From contig CAZFKX010000017.1 of the NCBI GenBank assembly GCA_964519345.1, positions 9,803 through 73,802 on the forward strand: DNA of 64,000 nucleotides, given 5' to 3'. The notes beneath the pieces were generated by a model. That model searched no databases and was not told the DNA's origin. It saw nothing but the letters and a program-made list of their open reading frames with translations. This DNA comes from an uncultured Aquificales bacterium. GTDB taxonomy: Bacteria; Aquificota; Aquificia; Aquificales; Hydrogenothermaceae. Shown in pieces: positions 18,447-30,583 of the stretch (positions within the stretch are counted from its first letter, which is position 1; the number at the start of each line of letters is the position of its first letter). The translations under genes and the position numbers were made by a program.

Positions 18447-19796
18447 TCACTGAATTTCTATTTTATATTTTTCCTTATAGAGTTCTTCAAACTCTTCAAG
18501 TTTCTGATTGTAGCCTTCTCTTCCCATAAGTGCATATGTGAAATTTTTACCCTCTTCAACTGCTGGTTGGTCAAAAGGATTTATTTTGTAGAGATATCCC
18601 GAAAAACCTGTTGCCATCTCATAAAGATATATAAGCATCCCGATGTTATATGGAGATATTTTGTTCATGGATATTGTTATATTTGGCACCTTGCTTTTTA
18701 TAAGAGCAGCCTTTGTTCCAAGCAGTTCTTTATTTAATATCTCATGAAGTGAGTGTCCTGATAGGTAATGTATATCGTCTGGTATATCTTCAGGAATCTT
18801 AAAATCTTCAGCTCTTTTGTCTATCTGTATGAATGTTATTATCTTATCCCTCAATCCGTCTCTGTAGAGCTGTATCTGAGAATGTTGATCAACAGTTCCA
18901 AGTGCTTTAACAGGTGTTTGCCCAAGTCCATCTTTACCTAAACTCTCAGCCCATAGTTGTCTGTACCAGTCAACAAATGACGACAGCTTCTCACTGTATG
19001 GCATCATAACAGATATTGTTTTCCCCCTTCTCATATTTGCTATATAGTGGGTTATAGCTATAAGATAAGCAGGGTTGTGCTCAACATGTTCTTCAATTGA
19101 GCAGACAAGATCCATCTTTTTTGCTCCTTCTAAAAGCTGGTCTATATCTATCCCAAGTACAGCTGCTGGGAATATCCCAACTGGAGACAGAACTGAAAAT
19201 CTACCTCCTACTTTTGGAGGAACATAGAGAATTTTAATATTATTTTCTTCCCCAAATTTTTTTAAAAAACCTTTTTCAGGATCTGTTGTAAACACAAGAT
19301 GTTCATTCCATCTGTCTCCAAGTCTCTTCTTTAGTATATCAAGGATAATAGCAAAGTTTGCTATGGTTTCAACTGTTGATCCTGATTTTGATACAACATT
19401 AAAGCATGTTTTTTCTATATTTATCACCTCTAATATTGAACTGAACTTATCAGGATCAACATTATCCATAATGAAAAACTTAGGCTTATCGTATATATTG
19501 TGATTTATATCTTTCAAGCTTTCAAAAAGCATCTGCGCTCCTAAGGACGAGCCACCTATTCCTATAAGGACAAAATAATCAAATTTACTGGATATTTCTC
19601 CAGCAAATTCCTTTATCTCTTCAGTTTCCTGATAAGGGAGTCTTGCAAAATAAAACTTTCTTTCTTTCTCCTTTTGTATTCTTGCATGTGTTTCAATAAC
19701 AAAATGTCTGAATGATAAAAGTTCTTCCCTTAATATACCGTCTCTCTCTCCTATGGTTTCTGCCATAACATTTGTGTAGTCTATTCTTATCACCAC
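18447..19796 (-). CDS. pgi: Glucose-6-phosphate isomerase
   Basis: 449 aa with phosphoglucose isomerase signatures (LIGIGGSSLG, VVSKSGSTVET, GGRFSVLSPVG, DQHSQIQL). Confidence 0.9.
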   Translation of the reverse strand: MVIRIDYTNVMAETIGERDGILREELLSFRHFVIETHARIQKEKERKFYFARLPYQETEEIKEFAGEISSKFDYFVLIGIGGSSLGAQMLFESLKDINHNIYDKPKFFIMDNVDPDKFSSILEVINIEKTCFNVVSKSGSTVETIANFAIILDILKKRLGDRWNEHLVFTTDPEKGFLKKFGEENNIKILYVPPKVGGRFSVLSPVGIFPAAVLGIDIDQLLEGAKKMDLVCSIEEHVEHNPAYLIAITHYIANMRRGKTISVMMPYSEKLSSFVDWYRQLWAESLGKDGLGQTPVKALGTVDQHSQIQLYRDGLRDKIITFIQIDKRAEDFKIPEDIPDDIHYLSGHSLHEILNKELLGTKAALIKSKVPNITISMNKISPYNIGMLIYLYEMATGFSGYLYKINPFDQPAVEEGKNFTYALMGREGYNQKLEEFEELYKEKYKIEIQ

Positions 19797-19804
19797 TTCC
19801 CCCT

Positions 19805-21073
<1,269 letters not shown>

Positions 21074-22078
21074 CTATTTTGCGTATATGTCGTTAAGTTT
21101 CTTCTTAATTCTTTCTTTTAGCGGAAGTCCTTTAACAGCTTCTTTCATAAGAGACTGTATATCTTGTATCTTTCTAAGGTAAGTTTCGTAATCAAGTTGA
21201 TCTTCGTACTGGTTTTCTATGACCCTCTCTGCAAACTCAAGATAAAGAATAGCCTGTGGATATTCCCCTTTTTTTATAGCGTCTTTTGCAGCCTCTTCAA
21301 GTATCCTTTCATACTCTGGTTCTATTTTAAGATTGTAGTTTATCTTGAGTCCTTCTATAAAAAGATCTGCTGATTTTCTTACATCCCCTTCATCAGCCTT
21401 TTTCTTTGCTTTTTTAAAGTAAACATTTGCCATATCTGTAAAGAATTTTCTCTCTTCAGGCATAAGCATAGCTGCAGATTTAAGATCATGCAGAGCTTCT
21501 CTGTATTTCTCAACGGCTTCATAAGCTTTAGCTCTAAGATAGTAACCGTCAACGAGGTATTTGTTTTCATTAAGTGCTTTTGTTAGATTCTCAATAGCAG
21601 ATTCATAACTTTTAGCATTTAAAAATATTTTTCCAAGATTATAGTAGTACTTATAATCACCACCTTCTGTAATACTGTTAAGATATTCCATAGCTTTAGA
21701 ATCGTTTCCTCTCTGTATTTCAATCTGTGCAAGATATGAGTAAACATCTTTAAAGTCTGGATTTAATTCAACAACTTTTTTAAAGTCTGACTCAGCTTCT
21801 TTTAATCTTTCAAAATAAAGGTGAACTTTTCCCCTTTCAAAATAAGCTTCCCAGTAATCGGGCTTTAGGTTTATAGCTTGCGTAAATTCGGCGACTGCCG
21901 TTTCAACAACTTCATCATTAAGATCTTTAGTTGCAACCTTCCCCCTCCAGAAATAAACCTCAGGTAGATCTGGATCCTGAACTATAGCATCATCAAGGTA
22001 AACGATCGCCATCTCATAATTTTCCGTCTTGAAAGCTTTTATAGCCTGTTGTAGTAAGTTGAAAGCATCCGTAGCCAT
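21074..22078 (-). CDS. TPR-repeat protein
   Basis: Repeated TPR consensus (A..y...G......y..A...f..al.l.P). Start moved to the Met of MATDAFNLL (ATG 22078..22076), because the track's longer ORF would overlap the divergent tamB-like start. Confidence 0.7.
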   Translation of the reverse strand: MATDAFNLLQQAIKAFKTENYEMAIVYLDDAIVQDPDLPEVYFWRGKVATKDLNDEVVETAVAEFTQAINLKPDYWEAYFERGKVHLYFERLKEAESDFKKVVELNPDFKDVYSYLAQIEIQRGNDSKAMEYLNSITEGGDYKYYYNLGKIFLNAKSYESAIENLTKALNENKYLVDGYYLRAKAYEAVEKYREALHDLKSAAMLMPEERKFFTDMANVYFKKAKKKADEGDVRKSADLFIEGLKINYNLKIEPEYERILEEAAKDAIKKGEYPQAILYLEFAERVIENQYEDQLDYETYLRKIQDIQSLMKEAVKGLPLKERIKKKLNDIYAK

Positions 22079-22143
22079 AGCGTCTTCCCTCCATTTAAAA
22101 ACTGGTATAATTTTACTACTAACAGTATTAAATTTAAAATATA

Positions 22144-25100
22144 ATGAAAAATGTATATTTAAAAATTTTAGCATCTTTTTTTATAGCGATTATTTTCCTC
22201 TCGCTTATTGTTCTAACAGGATATTTCATTATTACAAATTACAGGATATTTCTAAAAAATTTTGGAATATACGTTCAAGATGACTGTTTTTATGAAAACT
22301 CAAAAATAATCTGCAGTTATATAGATATTACTGATAGAAAAAGTTTTAATTTTAGATTAAAAAATGTTAAAGCTGATCTTTATTTTAAGAATATTTTTTA
22401 TGAAAAAAAAGCTGTAGATCTTTTTGTTGAAAAGCTTGAAGGTAATATAAATATTTCAGGGGAAAAGGGCGGGAATCAACTTAATCTTATAGTTATTGAT
22501 CTTATATCAACATATCTGGATATACACCTTAAAGATGGGTATCTAAACTTTAACAACGGAATAAAGATATCAGGAATCAACTTTTATGAAAAAAATTATA
22601 GATTCTATACTGAAAGGCCTGTAAGTATTGCTTTCAAGGAGAAGGTATTTTACCTTGACAAACTTGAAGGACGTATAAAGAGAGCTGACAGAATATATAT
22701 AGATAAGTTTGTGATCAAAGATCAGAACAATTTATTTGATCTGGAAGGTTTTATCCATTTTGATGGTGATTTTTTCCTGAAGGGAAAGGGCAAATTAAGG
22801 GATTTTTCATTTGAAAATCTTTCTTTAAAAGAGATGGATTTACAGCTGAGTATTTCGAGGGCTGAAGGCGATGTATCTGGTGTTGTAGATTACACAACAT
22901 CTGATCTTAATTACGCTGATATATTTGCTTCAGACATAAAAGGAGAGCTGAAAATAATATATACTGGTAAATGGAGACTGATAAATGACTTTTATTCAAA
23001 TGTTATAACTTACAGGGAGTCCAGACTGGACAACTTTAAGGTTCAGTCAGATCTGAGATTTAAAAATGGCAGTATATATGTTAAAAACAGCCTCAGATCA
23101 GGAAGCTTTTTATTTAAAAAATATAAATTTTATGATGTTAGGTCTGATTTTTCTATAGAAAAAAAAGAAGATCATATATATTCTGAGGGTAGTATAATTG
23201 TAGAAAAGATCTCGGCACGTTTCTCATCTATTTTTTCAAAAAAAATTAAAAAAATAGATATAAAGATAAGTGATCTGCAGCTTTCCGAAATTTTAAAAAA
23301 AGCGAAAATAAGAGATATTGATGCTTTTCTGTCAGGAAAGGTTGAGATAGATCTCATAAATAAAACTGTTGACACCTCGATTAATATAAAAGATGCCAAT
23401 GTGTATGGACTTTTTTATGAAACTGGAGTTCTAAACAGTCATACAGATCTTAATATCTCTACTACAGGGCTTGATATTTTTCTTAACAGAGAGGATGGGT
23501 ATATATATGCGGGTGGAAGTATTAACGACAGATATATAGATATAGAAGGGATATTTGAAAATCTTAAGCTTGAAAATCTTAAAATAACTAAAAAGCTGGG
23601 AATAAAAGGATATCTTTATGGAAAAGGATTTATATATGGTGATCTTAAGAATCCTGGCGTAAAGATAAACGGTCAACTGAAAGATTTCTTTTACCAAAAA
23701 TTAGAGATTCCATCGCTTGATATATCCTTCCTTTATGCTGAAAAAAGTATAAGTATAGAAGCTGACACCCCTGATAAATCACTAAGGTCAAATATTTTGG
23801 TTGATATACAACCTTTTAAACTTGATATTAAGCTTAAACTTAGAGATGCGGATGTTAGATTTTCTTCTGAATATCTGAAAGGTTTAGTACCTAATCTTTT
23901 TGAAAGAGTTTACCCTTTATACTGTACAGGAGATGTTAGGGTGTCTGTTAAAGGGAAAGGATGGAATGTTTATATTGATCTTCCAGATGTGGAGGCTTTT
24001 CTAACCGATGCAGGGGATTTTGTAAATGCTAAGGTTATAGGGGAAATATCAGATAGGTACAGAAATATAAGTGCATATGTGTTTAGAAAAGGATTTAAGT
24101 TTAAGGGAAGAAAGATAAATGATATTTCAGGAAGTTTTAATATGATAAATAAAAAGGGAATGTTTCAGATAAAGCTTACTGGACTTGATATCTTTGATAC
24201 TTTTAATCTTTTTTTAAATGGAACATTTGATACAGGCAGAGGTGTTATATCCGGCGATCTGTTTTCCTCACTGACAAAAGGGGTTATAAAATCTATCCAG
24301 AATTTGAACTTTTATGGAGACTTTAATAAGGTATCTGGTATTTTGTTTAATGAGATATATGTAGAAGAAAGGAAATTTTCAGAGAATTTTGTAAATTATA
24401 CTTACTGGTTCTCTCCCTTACCTAAGATAAATCTCTCAGCAGATAAAATCAGATTTTTCATGAATGATAAAGCTGGACTTAAGGCTGAAGATATAAGAGG
24501 AGAGATATACCTTCCAAAAGGTAAGAAAGATTTAGATGGTTTTTTAACTGTTAAAAAAATCCAGATATTTAGAAATAAAGTTCCTGTAACGGCGGCAGAA
24601 CCCTTTAAAATAAACATAAAAGATAAGCTTGTCTATACTAAAGGTGTTAAATTTGATGGGATGTTATCTGGTGTTATAGATATTCTAAGCTATAATTATG
24701 CAGATCAATATCTTTATCTTTCTGCAGAAGGAAGAATAAAAAAACAGCTTATATCAGAGGCTATACAGCTTGGATCTGCTGCAGGGTATTTAGATTTTTA
24801 TGCTGGGTATGAAGGCAGGATTGAAGATCCTTTAAAAAAAATCAATCTTATATTAAACTCGGATAATCTTAAAGTAAAAACTCCTTATACGAGAGATCTA
24901 ATTGAGTTCAAAAAGGTTAAGCTTAATCTTTCTGAAGGCAAGCTGAATTTAGATCTGTATGGAGTAACTCCATCAACACTCTTTGGAGAAAGCTTTTTAT
25001 CAATTAAAGGGGATAGTTCTATCCAGCAGCTAAAAAATAGATACAACATAGATATAAACATGCTTCCAGTAAAGTACAGCAATATATTTGTCGGAAATAT

Positions 25101-26007
25101 AAGTTCAAAACTCAGTATAACCTCTCATGAAAGAGATAAAACTGTTATACAAAGTATAAAAGGCGATCTGTTTATAGGGGGAAGGGTAAGGGTTGATCAA
25201 GCTGTTGTCGAATCTTTTAAGAAAAAAGAACAGAAAAGAATACTGACTGCTAAGGAAAAAGTTGAAAAAAAGCAGATACTTAAGAAAGTTCTTCTTGATT
25301 TGCAAATATCAACTTACAGCCCTGTTTATCTTTACGGGAGCTGGGGAAATGCTTATGGAGAAGGAAGGATAAGCGTAACAGGAACTCTTTCCTCGCCGTT
25401 AGCTAACGGCGAGTTTAATATTATTTATGGAAGAATCAATTATATGAAAAACAAGTACAATATAGACTATGCAAATATAAATATTATAGATAATGAAGCC
25501 TATATAAACGCCCGTCTTTCAACATCTGTAGCAGACACATTTATATTTGTAAACATATACGGATCAGTTAAAAAACCCCGTATAGATTTTTCATCAAGTC
25601 CTCCAAAATCAAGGGATGAAATTTTATCAATACTACTCCTCAAAGATACACCTGCAGCTCTTGAAAACATACCTGTATTCAAAACCATAGGTAAGATAAT
25701 ATACGCTCTAATTCCATTTAGAGATACAGAAGAAAAGGGTCTTTTCAATACAGGTTTTGAGGTGCTGCTAAATCCTCAATATTCACCAACGCAGGGAATA
25801 ACAGCCTCAATTTACGCTAAAAGACCTTTAACAAGGAGAATATATATAGCTCTTTCAAAACCTCTTACAGAAACACAAGAGTTTCAAGCATCAGGATGGT
25901 ATGAACTTGGAGTAAGGTTGACTGAAAGAACATCTCTTCAGATTAGAAGTTTTGAGACAGGTGAAGGTGAGTTTGATATTAATTTCAGCCTACCTTTTGA
26001 TTTCTGA
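22144..26007 (+). CDS. TamB/AsmA-like translocation and assembly module protein (C-terminal DUF490-type region)
   Basis: 1287 aa with a single N-terminal TM anchor (ILASFFIAIIFLSLIVLTGYFI), a very long beta-rich body, and a TamB-like C-terminus (SSPPKSRDEILSILL ... FDINFSLPFDF). Confidence 0.7.
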   Translation: MKNVYLKILASFFIAIIFLSLIVLTGYFIITNYRIFLKNFGIYVQDDCFYENSKIICSYIDITDRKSFNFRLKNVKADLYFKNIFYEKKAVDLFVEKLEGNINISGEKGGNQLNLIVIDLISTYLDIHLKDGYLNFNNGIKISGINFYEKNYRFYTERPVSIAFKEKVFYLDKLEGRIKRADRIYIDKFVIKDQNNLFDLEGFIHFDGDFFLKGKGKLRDFSFENLSLKEMDLQLSISRAEGDVSGVVDYTTSDLNYADIFASDIKGELKIIYTGKWRLINDFYSNVITYRESRLDNFKVQSDLRFKNGSIYVKNSLRSGSFLFKKYKFYDVRSDFSIEKKEDHIYSEGSIIVEKISARFSSIFSKKIKKIDIKISDLQLSEILKKAKIRDIDAFLSGKVEIDLINKTVDTSINIKDANVYGLFYETGVLNSHTDLNISTTGLDIFLNREDGYIYAGGSINDRYIDIEGIFENLKLENLKITKKLGIKGYLYGKGFIYGDLKNPGVKINGQLKDFFYQKLEIPSLDISFLYAEKSISIEADTPDKSLRSNILVDIQPFKLDIKLKLRDADVRFSSEYLKGLVPNLFERVYPLYCTGDVRVSVKGKGWNVYIDLPDVEAFLTDAGDFVNAKVIGEISDRYRNISAYVFRKGFKFKGRKINDISGSFNMINKKGMFQIKLTGLDIFDTFNLFLNGTFDTGRGVISGDLFSSLTKGVIKSIQNLNFYGDFNKVSGILFNEIYVEERKFSENFVNYTYWFSPLPKINLSADKIRFFMNDKAGLKAEDIRGEIYLPKGKKDLDGFLTVKKIQIFRNKVPVTAAEPFKINIKDKLVYTKGVKFDGMLSGVIDILSYNYADQYLYLSAEGRIKKQLISEAIQLGSAAGYLDFYAGYEGRIEDPLKKINLILNSDNLKVKTPYTRDLIEFKKVKLNLSEGKLNLDLYGVTPSTLFGESFLSIKGDSSIQQLKNRYNIDINMLPVKYSNIFVGNISSKLSITSHERDKTVIQSIKGDLFIGGRVRVDQAVVESFKKKEQKRILTAKEKVEKKQILKKVLLDLQISTYSPVYLYGSWGNAYGEGRISVTGTLSSPLANGEFNIIYGRINYMKNKYNIDYANINIIDNEAYINARLSTSVADTFIFVNIYGSVKKPRIDFSSSPPKSRDEILSILLLKDTPAALENIPVFKTIGKIIYALIPFRDTEEKGLFNTGFEVLLNPQYSPTQGITASIYAKRPLTRRIYIALSKPLTETQEFQASGWYELGVRLTERTSLQIRSFETGEGEFDINFSLPFDF

Positions 26008-26596
26008 AACTTTTTGAAAGTTCCATAAAGTTCTTTAAAAGCACCTTCCCATAGTCTGTAAGTATAGATTCTGGATGAAACTGCACTCCCCAGATAGGAT
26101 ATCTTTTATGCTTTATTCCCATAATTTCGTTATCGTCCTCAGTCCACGCCGTTATCTCTATATCCTCTGGAAGAGTGTTTCTGTCGATAACAAGGGAATG
26201 GTATCTTACAGCCTTAAATGGAGATGGAATCCCCTTAAAAAGATCATCGCCTTTATGATGTATATCTGAGGTTTTGCCGTGCATCAGGCATTTAGCTTTA
26301 ATAATTTCAGCACCAAAAGCAGAACCTATGGACTGGTGTCCTAAACAGACGCCAAGTATTGGGTAAATTCCCTTGTATTTCTTTATAAGATCAACGGATA
26401 TGCCAGCTTCTTTTGGTGTGCAAGGTCCTGGAGATATAACTACAGCATCTATATTTTCTATCTTTCTTACCTCATCAATATCTATCTCATCGTTTCTTTT
26501 TACTATAACGTCGGCTCCAAGCTCAAAAAAGTACTGAACTATGTTGTAAGTAAATGAATCATAATTATCAACCATTAGTATTCTCATATTCATCAC
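25985..26596 (-). CDS. pabA: Glutamine amidotransferase component II of anthranilate/aminodeoxychorismate synthase
   Basis: Class I GATase triad context (GVCLGHQ, HPES). The N-terminus MRILMVDNYDSFTYN makes ATG 26587 the likely real start. The 3' end overlaps the tamB-like 3' end by 23 nt. Confidence 0.9.
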   Translation of the reverse strand: MMNMRILMVDNYDSFTYNIVQYFFELGADVIVKRNDEIDIDEVRKIENIDAVVISPGPCTPKEAGISVDLIKKYKGIYPILGVCLGHQSIGSAFGAEIIKAKCLMHGKTSDIHHKGDDLFKGIPSPFKAVRYHSLVIDRNTLPEDIEITAWTEDDNEIMGIKHKRYPIWGVQFHPESILTDYGKVLLKNFMELSKSFRNQKVG

Positions 26597-26730
26597 CTTT
26601 GTAGAAATGGAACTAAATTTAATATACCAAAAATTCCTATATAAGTTATGAAAATATTCCTGAGAGACAAGAATTAGAGCATCTATATATGGTAAAATAT
26701 AGATAAGAAAATATCACAGGAGTGTATTTT

Positions 26731-29700
26731 ATGTCTGAAATTATAAAACAACCCATAGAAGAAGAGGTAAAATCTGCTTATTTAGATTATGCTATGTCCG
26801 TTATTGTTGGTAGGGCAATTCCCGATGTCAGAGATGGACTGAAACCTGTACAAAGAAGAATCCTTTATGCTATGAACGAGCTTGGATTATACCCAAATAA
26901 ACCGTATAAAAAAAGTGCCAGAGTTGTAGGGGAAGTACTGGGTAAATACCATCCCCATGGTGATACATCTGTTTACGATGCTCTCGTCAGGATGGCTCAG
27001 GATTTCACATTAAGATATCCTCTGATTCAAGGACAGGGAAACTTCGGTTCTATAGATGGTGACCCACCTGCTGCGATGAGATACTGTGTTGTGGGCGATA
27101 CACTGATTCATACTGATAAAGGTCTAATCAAGATAAAAGATATAGTGCCAGATAGTAAGGAAAATTCTGATAATCCTATAAAAATAAAAGTTCAGTCGTT
27201 AAACAGAAAAATAAATTACTCAGATATGTTTTTTAATAGCGGAAAACATAAAACTATAAGGGTAGAAACAGAAGAAGGGTATGAGATAGAAGGTAGCTTT
27301 AATCATCCTGTACTGACATGGACGTTAGAAGATGGAAAACCTGTTTATAAATGGAAGACATTAGACAGTATTAAGGTAGGCGATTATCTGGTAGTAAGCA
27401 GGGAAAATGATATTCACAATAATCAAGATTTAATTACTGAGGAAGAAGCTATTTTGCTTGGCTCTTTTATTTCAGAAGGATATATTCCTGAAAACAGGAA
27501 AGGATTTAACAATATCGGTAAAGGGTATGCTACTGTTTTTGAAAATGCCCTTAAAAGAGGCTGTGGAGAAACTTTCCGTGGGTATGAAAGAGCTTTGAAA
27601 AGTGAAGAAACAGCTGTTGAATGTCAGATACAGTATAAAGATATTGTCCAGGACGTAATGGAAAAAGAATCTGATGAAAAATCTTTGGAAAAGGAAATAC
27701 CTTATGTTGTCCTTCAATCATCAAAAAAAATCCAGAGAGCGTTTTTAAGAGCCTTATTTGAAGAAGATGGTACTGTTTACGAAACGGTCAGAGCAGTAAA
27801 CATTTCTTATTCCTCTAAGAGTAAAAAACTGTTAAAACAGCTTCAAGTTTTACTCCTTAACTTTGGCATCATATCTAAAATACACAGAGATAAGCAGAAT
27901 TACAGATTGATCATTTCTGGATACCAGAATGTAAAGCTTTTTAAAGAAGAAATAGGATTTTTTGGCAATAAACAGGAAAAACTTAAAAAGCTTGTTAAGA
28001 AAATATATAAAAAGGAGACAGAAAACGGTAAAACTGACTTTATTCCTTTCATAGCCCAGTACATAAGGGATAAATATAGAGGAAAAGGAGTTAATCAGTG
28101 GCTGTCAAAACATATACTTGATAGGTATCACAAAATAGATCAGTACTGGGATAAACTGGAGCAGATCTTAGATACAGAAGATTTAGCATTATACAGAGAA
28201 CTATTACAGAACAGATACTACTTTGCTAAGGTAAGAACTGTTGAGGAAACCGGTGAAAAAATAGTTTACTCCATCAGAGTAAACAGTTATTGTCACTCCT
28301 TTGTAGGAAACGGAATTGTCAATCACAACACAGAAGCCCGTCTTACAAAACTTGCGATGGAAATGCTTGCAGATATAGATAAGAACACTGTTGATATGAG
28401 AGAAAATTTTGATGCTTCTTTGATGGAACCTGAGGTCTTGCCTGCAAAATTTCCTAACCTGATATGTAACGGGGCTTCAGGTATAGCTGTTGGTCTTTCA
28501 ACAAATATACCGCCTCACAACTTTACTGAAGTAGCTGAAGCGCTGAAATATTTAGCTGAGTTCCCAAATGCTACTGTTGAAGAACTCTGTCAGTTTGTAA
28601 AAGGTCCTGATTTTCCGACAGGCGGTATTCTTATAACACCTTTTGAAGAGATTGTAAAGATATATACTGACGGTAGAGGATCGATAGTAGTAAAAGGGAA
28701 AGCCAGAATAGAAAGACTTCCCGGGAACAGACATAGAATTGTGATATATGAGATACCTTATCAGGTAAATAAAGTAGAGCTGATTAAAAGAATAGCTGAA
28801 CTTGTAAGAAAAGGTCAGGAAAAAGGAATATCGGATCTCAGAGACGAGTCAGATAGAGATGGTATAAGAATTGTTGTTGAGCTTAAAAGGGAAGCTGATC
28901 CTGAAAAGGTTCTAAAAAAACTTTACAGAAGAACACAGCTTCAAAAATCAATACCTATAAACCTGACTGTTCTTGTTGGAAAACAGCCTAAAACAGTAGA
29001 TTTGAAGGGTCTTCTTCAGGAATTTATAAAACATAGAATAGAGGTTATAACAAGAAAAACCCTTTTTGAACTTGATAAGGCTGAGAACAGACTACATATA
29101 GTAGAGGGTCTTTTAAAGGCTCTTGAGAATGCAGATAGGGTAATAGATATAGTTAGAAGTTCAAAAGATATATCCTCTGCAAGATCCTTGCTTAAAGGAG
29201 AGTTTGAACTCTCAGATACGCAGGCTCAGGCTATACTTGATATGAGGCTTTCAAGATTTACAGCTCTTGAAGGGGATAAACTTTACCAGGAAGCTGATGA
29301 TCTAAGACTTAAAATTGAAAACTATAAGAAGATACTCTCTTCAGAAGAAGAGAAGATAAGGGTATTTATAGAAGAGATAGACGACCTTCTTGAGAGATTT
29401 GGAGATGAAAGGAAAACAGTTATAATTGAGGAAAAAGAGGCAGGACTAACGTTTGAAGAACGCTACATACTTGGGATACTTAGTAGTGGAAGAATATTTA
29501 ACAGAAGGATAGATGATGATTCAGAAAAAGGTGAGATCTTCCTCAAGGTTATAAATGATATTGTATCCTCTGTAAGACCTGGTGAAAAATTTATATCGAT
29601 TCAGGAGGTTGAAAGCTCTATTCCTATAGCATTTATAACAGATAAGGGAAGGGCATACTGGAGTCTTGTTGCAGATCTTCCAAAGGGTGAGGGAAAATTA

Positions 29701-30384
29701 AGTATTGATGAAGGTGAGATTGTTGGAACAGCTTTTAAGGGTGAAGGGGAAGAAGACAGACTATTTATTATCACAAAAAATGGGATAATAAAAAGAATGT
29801 CTTATGAGGACATATTTTACAAATCACAGAACCATTCTGTGATACCCCTTGCTGAAGACGATTCTGTTGTAACAGCATTTGCAGATGATCATCCATCCCT
29901 TATAGCTGTTTATACACGTAAAGGTGATCTGCTTCTTTTTGAGAGAAATCAGGTTAGGGTAACAGGTGATAAGGCTAAAGGGGTTGAAGCAATTGATCTT
30001 GATGAAGGGGATACCGTATCAGGTGGTTTCTTGATTAACAGTGAAGATCTTATTATGACAGTTACTAAAAACGGTTATACTAAGCTTGTTCATAAAGAGG
30101 AGTTTTTTACAAAAGAAGGAAAGGTTAAGAAAAGAGCACAGAAAGGTCTTATGGCTGTTAAACTTGGAAAAGGTGATTTTCTCTCTGTCGCTGTTCCTGT
30201 TAAACTTGGAGAAACAGTTTATTTTTCTACGGAGAAAGGAAGGATTTTAAAACTTATTGTTGATGAGAAAAGAATACCTATTTCAAAAAGAACAGCTATG
30301 GGAGATCCTGTTATAAAAATTGAGGGTGATTATGTGGTAAAAGCCGTAAAACCTAAGATAAAAACAGAAGGCAGTGACAGTTAG
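26731..30384 (+). CDS. gyrA: Type IIA topoisomerase subunit A (GyrA-type), interrupted in frame by an intein. The mature extein is about 802 aa.
   Basis: N-terminus [32 protein letters not shown] and YHPHGD. The active-site AAMRY is followed by the intein and then [16 protein letters not shown] 26731 is preferred over GTG 26722. Confidence 0.9.
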   Translation: MSEIIKQPIEEEVKSAYLDYAMSVIVGRAIPDVRDGLKPVQRRILYAMNELGLYPNKPYKKSARVVGEVLGKYHPHGDTSVYDALVRMAQDFTLRYPLIQGQGNFGSIDGDPPAAMRYCVVGDTLIHTDKGLIKIKDIVPDSKENSDNPIKIKVQSLNRKINYSDMFFNSGKHKTIRVETEEGYEIEGSFNHPVLTWTLEDGKPVYKWKTLDSIKVGDYLVVSRENDIHNNQDLITEEEAILLGSFISEGYIPENRKGFNNIGKGYATVFENALKRGCGETFRGYERALKSEETAVECQIQYKDIVQDVMEKESDEKSLEKEIPYVVLQSSKKIQRAFLRALFEEDGTVYETVRAVNISYSSKSKKLLKQLQVLLLNFGIISKIHRDKQNYRLIISGYQNVKLFKEEIGFFGNKQEKLKKLVKKIYKKETENGKTDFIPFIAQYIRDKYRGKGVNQWLSKHILDRYHKIDQYWDKLEQILDTEDLALYRELLQNRYYFAKVRTVEETGEKIVYSIRVNSYCHSFVGNGIVNHNTEARLTKLAMEMLADIDKNTVDMRENFDASLMEPEVLPAKFPNLICNGASGIAVGLSTNIPPHNFTEVAEALKYLAEFPNATVEELCQFVKGPDFPTGGILITPFEEIVKIYTDGRGSIVVKGKARIERLPGNRHRIVIYEIPYQVNKVELIKRIAELVRKGQEKGISDLRDESDRDGIRIVVELKREADPEKVLKKLYRRTQLQKSIPINLTVLVGKQPKTVDLKGLLQEFIKHRIEVITRKTLFELDKAENRLHIVEGLLKALENADRVIDIVRSSKDISSARSLLKGEFELSDTQAQAILDMRLSRFTALEGDKLYQEADDLRLKIENYKKILSSEEEKIRVFIEEIDDLLERFGDERKTVIIEEKEAGLTFEERYILGILSSGRIFNRRIDDDSEKGEIFLKVINDIVSSVRPGEKFISIQEVESSIPIAFITDKGRAYWSLVADLPKGEGKLSIDEGEIVGTAFKGEGEEDRLFIITKNGIIKRMSYEDIFYKSQNHSVIPLAEDDSVVTAFADDHPSLIAVYTRKGDLLLFERNQVRVTGDKAKGVEAIDLDEGDTVSGGFLINSEDLIMTVTKNGYTKLVHKEEFFTKEGKVKKRAQKGLMAVKLGKGDFLSVAVPVKLGETVYFSTEKGRILKLIVDEKRIPISKRTAMGDPVIKIEGDYVVKAVKPKIKTEGSDS
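27085..28329 (+). mobile_element. Intein (415 codons) with a LAGLIDADG homing-endonuclease domain, inserted directly after the catalytic Tyr of GyrA
   Basis: It begins with Cys ([10 protein letters not shown]) immediately after AAMRY, and ends with VNHN followed by Thr (+1) of TEARL. Block-B-like GSFNHPVLT. Two LAGLIDADG-type motifs ([10 protein letters not shown] and [13 protein letters not shown]). Confidence 0.85.
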
Positions 30385-30583
30385 GATACTACTGATAACA
30401 GGCATACTGGTAGGAGTATATGCTGTTTTTAATAATATAGGCGGAGTTTTCTCCGCCTTTAAGATTAATGATCTCACTCTTTCAACAGCAAAACTGATTC
30501 AGAGTCTTCTTCCTGTAGTTGTAGGTATCGTTATAATATGGGTTTCTGCTTTAAATCTTTATGATACTTTTAAAAAGAGATGA
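30374..30583 (+). CDS. Possible small two-TM membrane protein (69 aa)
   Basis: GTG-start ORF overlapping the gyrA end. It has two hydrophobic helices and a basic C-terminus. It contains the hairpin at 30440-30457, which may instead be the gyrA terminator. Confidence 0.35.
   Translation: MTVRILLITGILVGVYAVFNNIGGVFSAFKINDLTLSTAKLIQSLLPVVVGIVIIWVSALNLYDTFKKR
30440..30460 (+). terminator. Hairpin GGCGGAG-tttt-CTCCGCC plus TTT; possible gyrA terminator
   Basis: Perfect 7-bp GC-rich stem, read directly, 56 nt after the gyrA stop. The T tract is short. Confidence 0.4.

Noticed and set aside
25985-26007. 3'-end overlaps of convergent genes: tamB-like/pabA by 23 nt, hypothetical/secF by 10 nt at 13385-13394, and gpgS/cysM by 4 nt at 46116-46119
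   Set aside because: This is common in compact thermophile genomes. There is no extra structure or signal suggesting a regulatory antisense mechanism.
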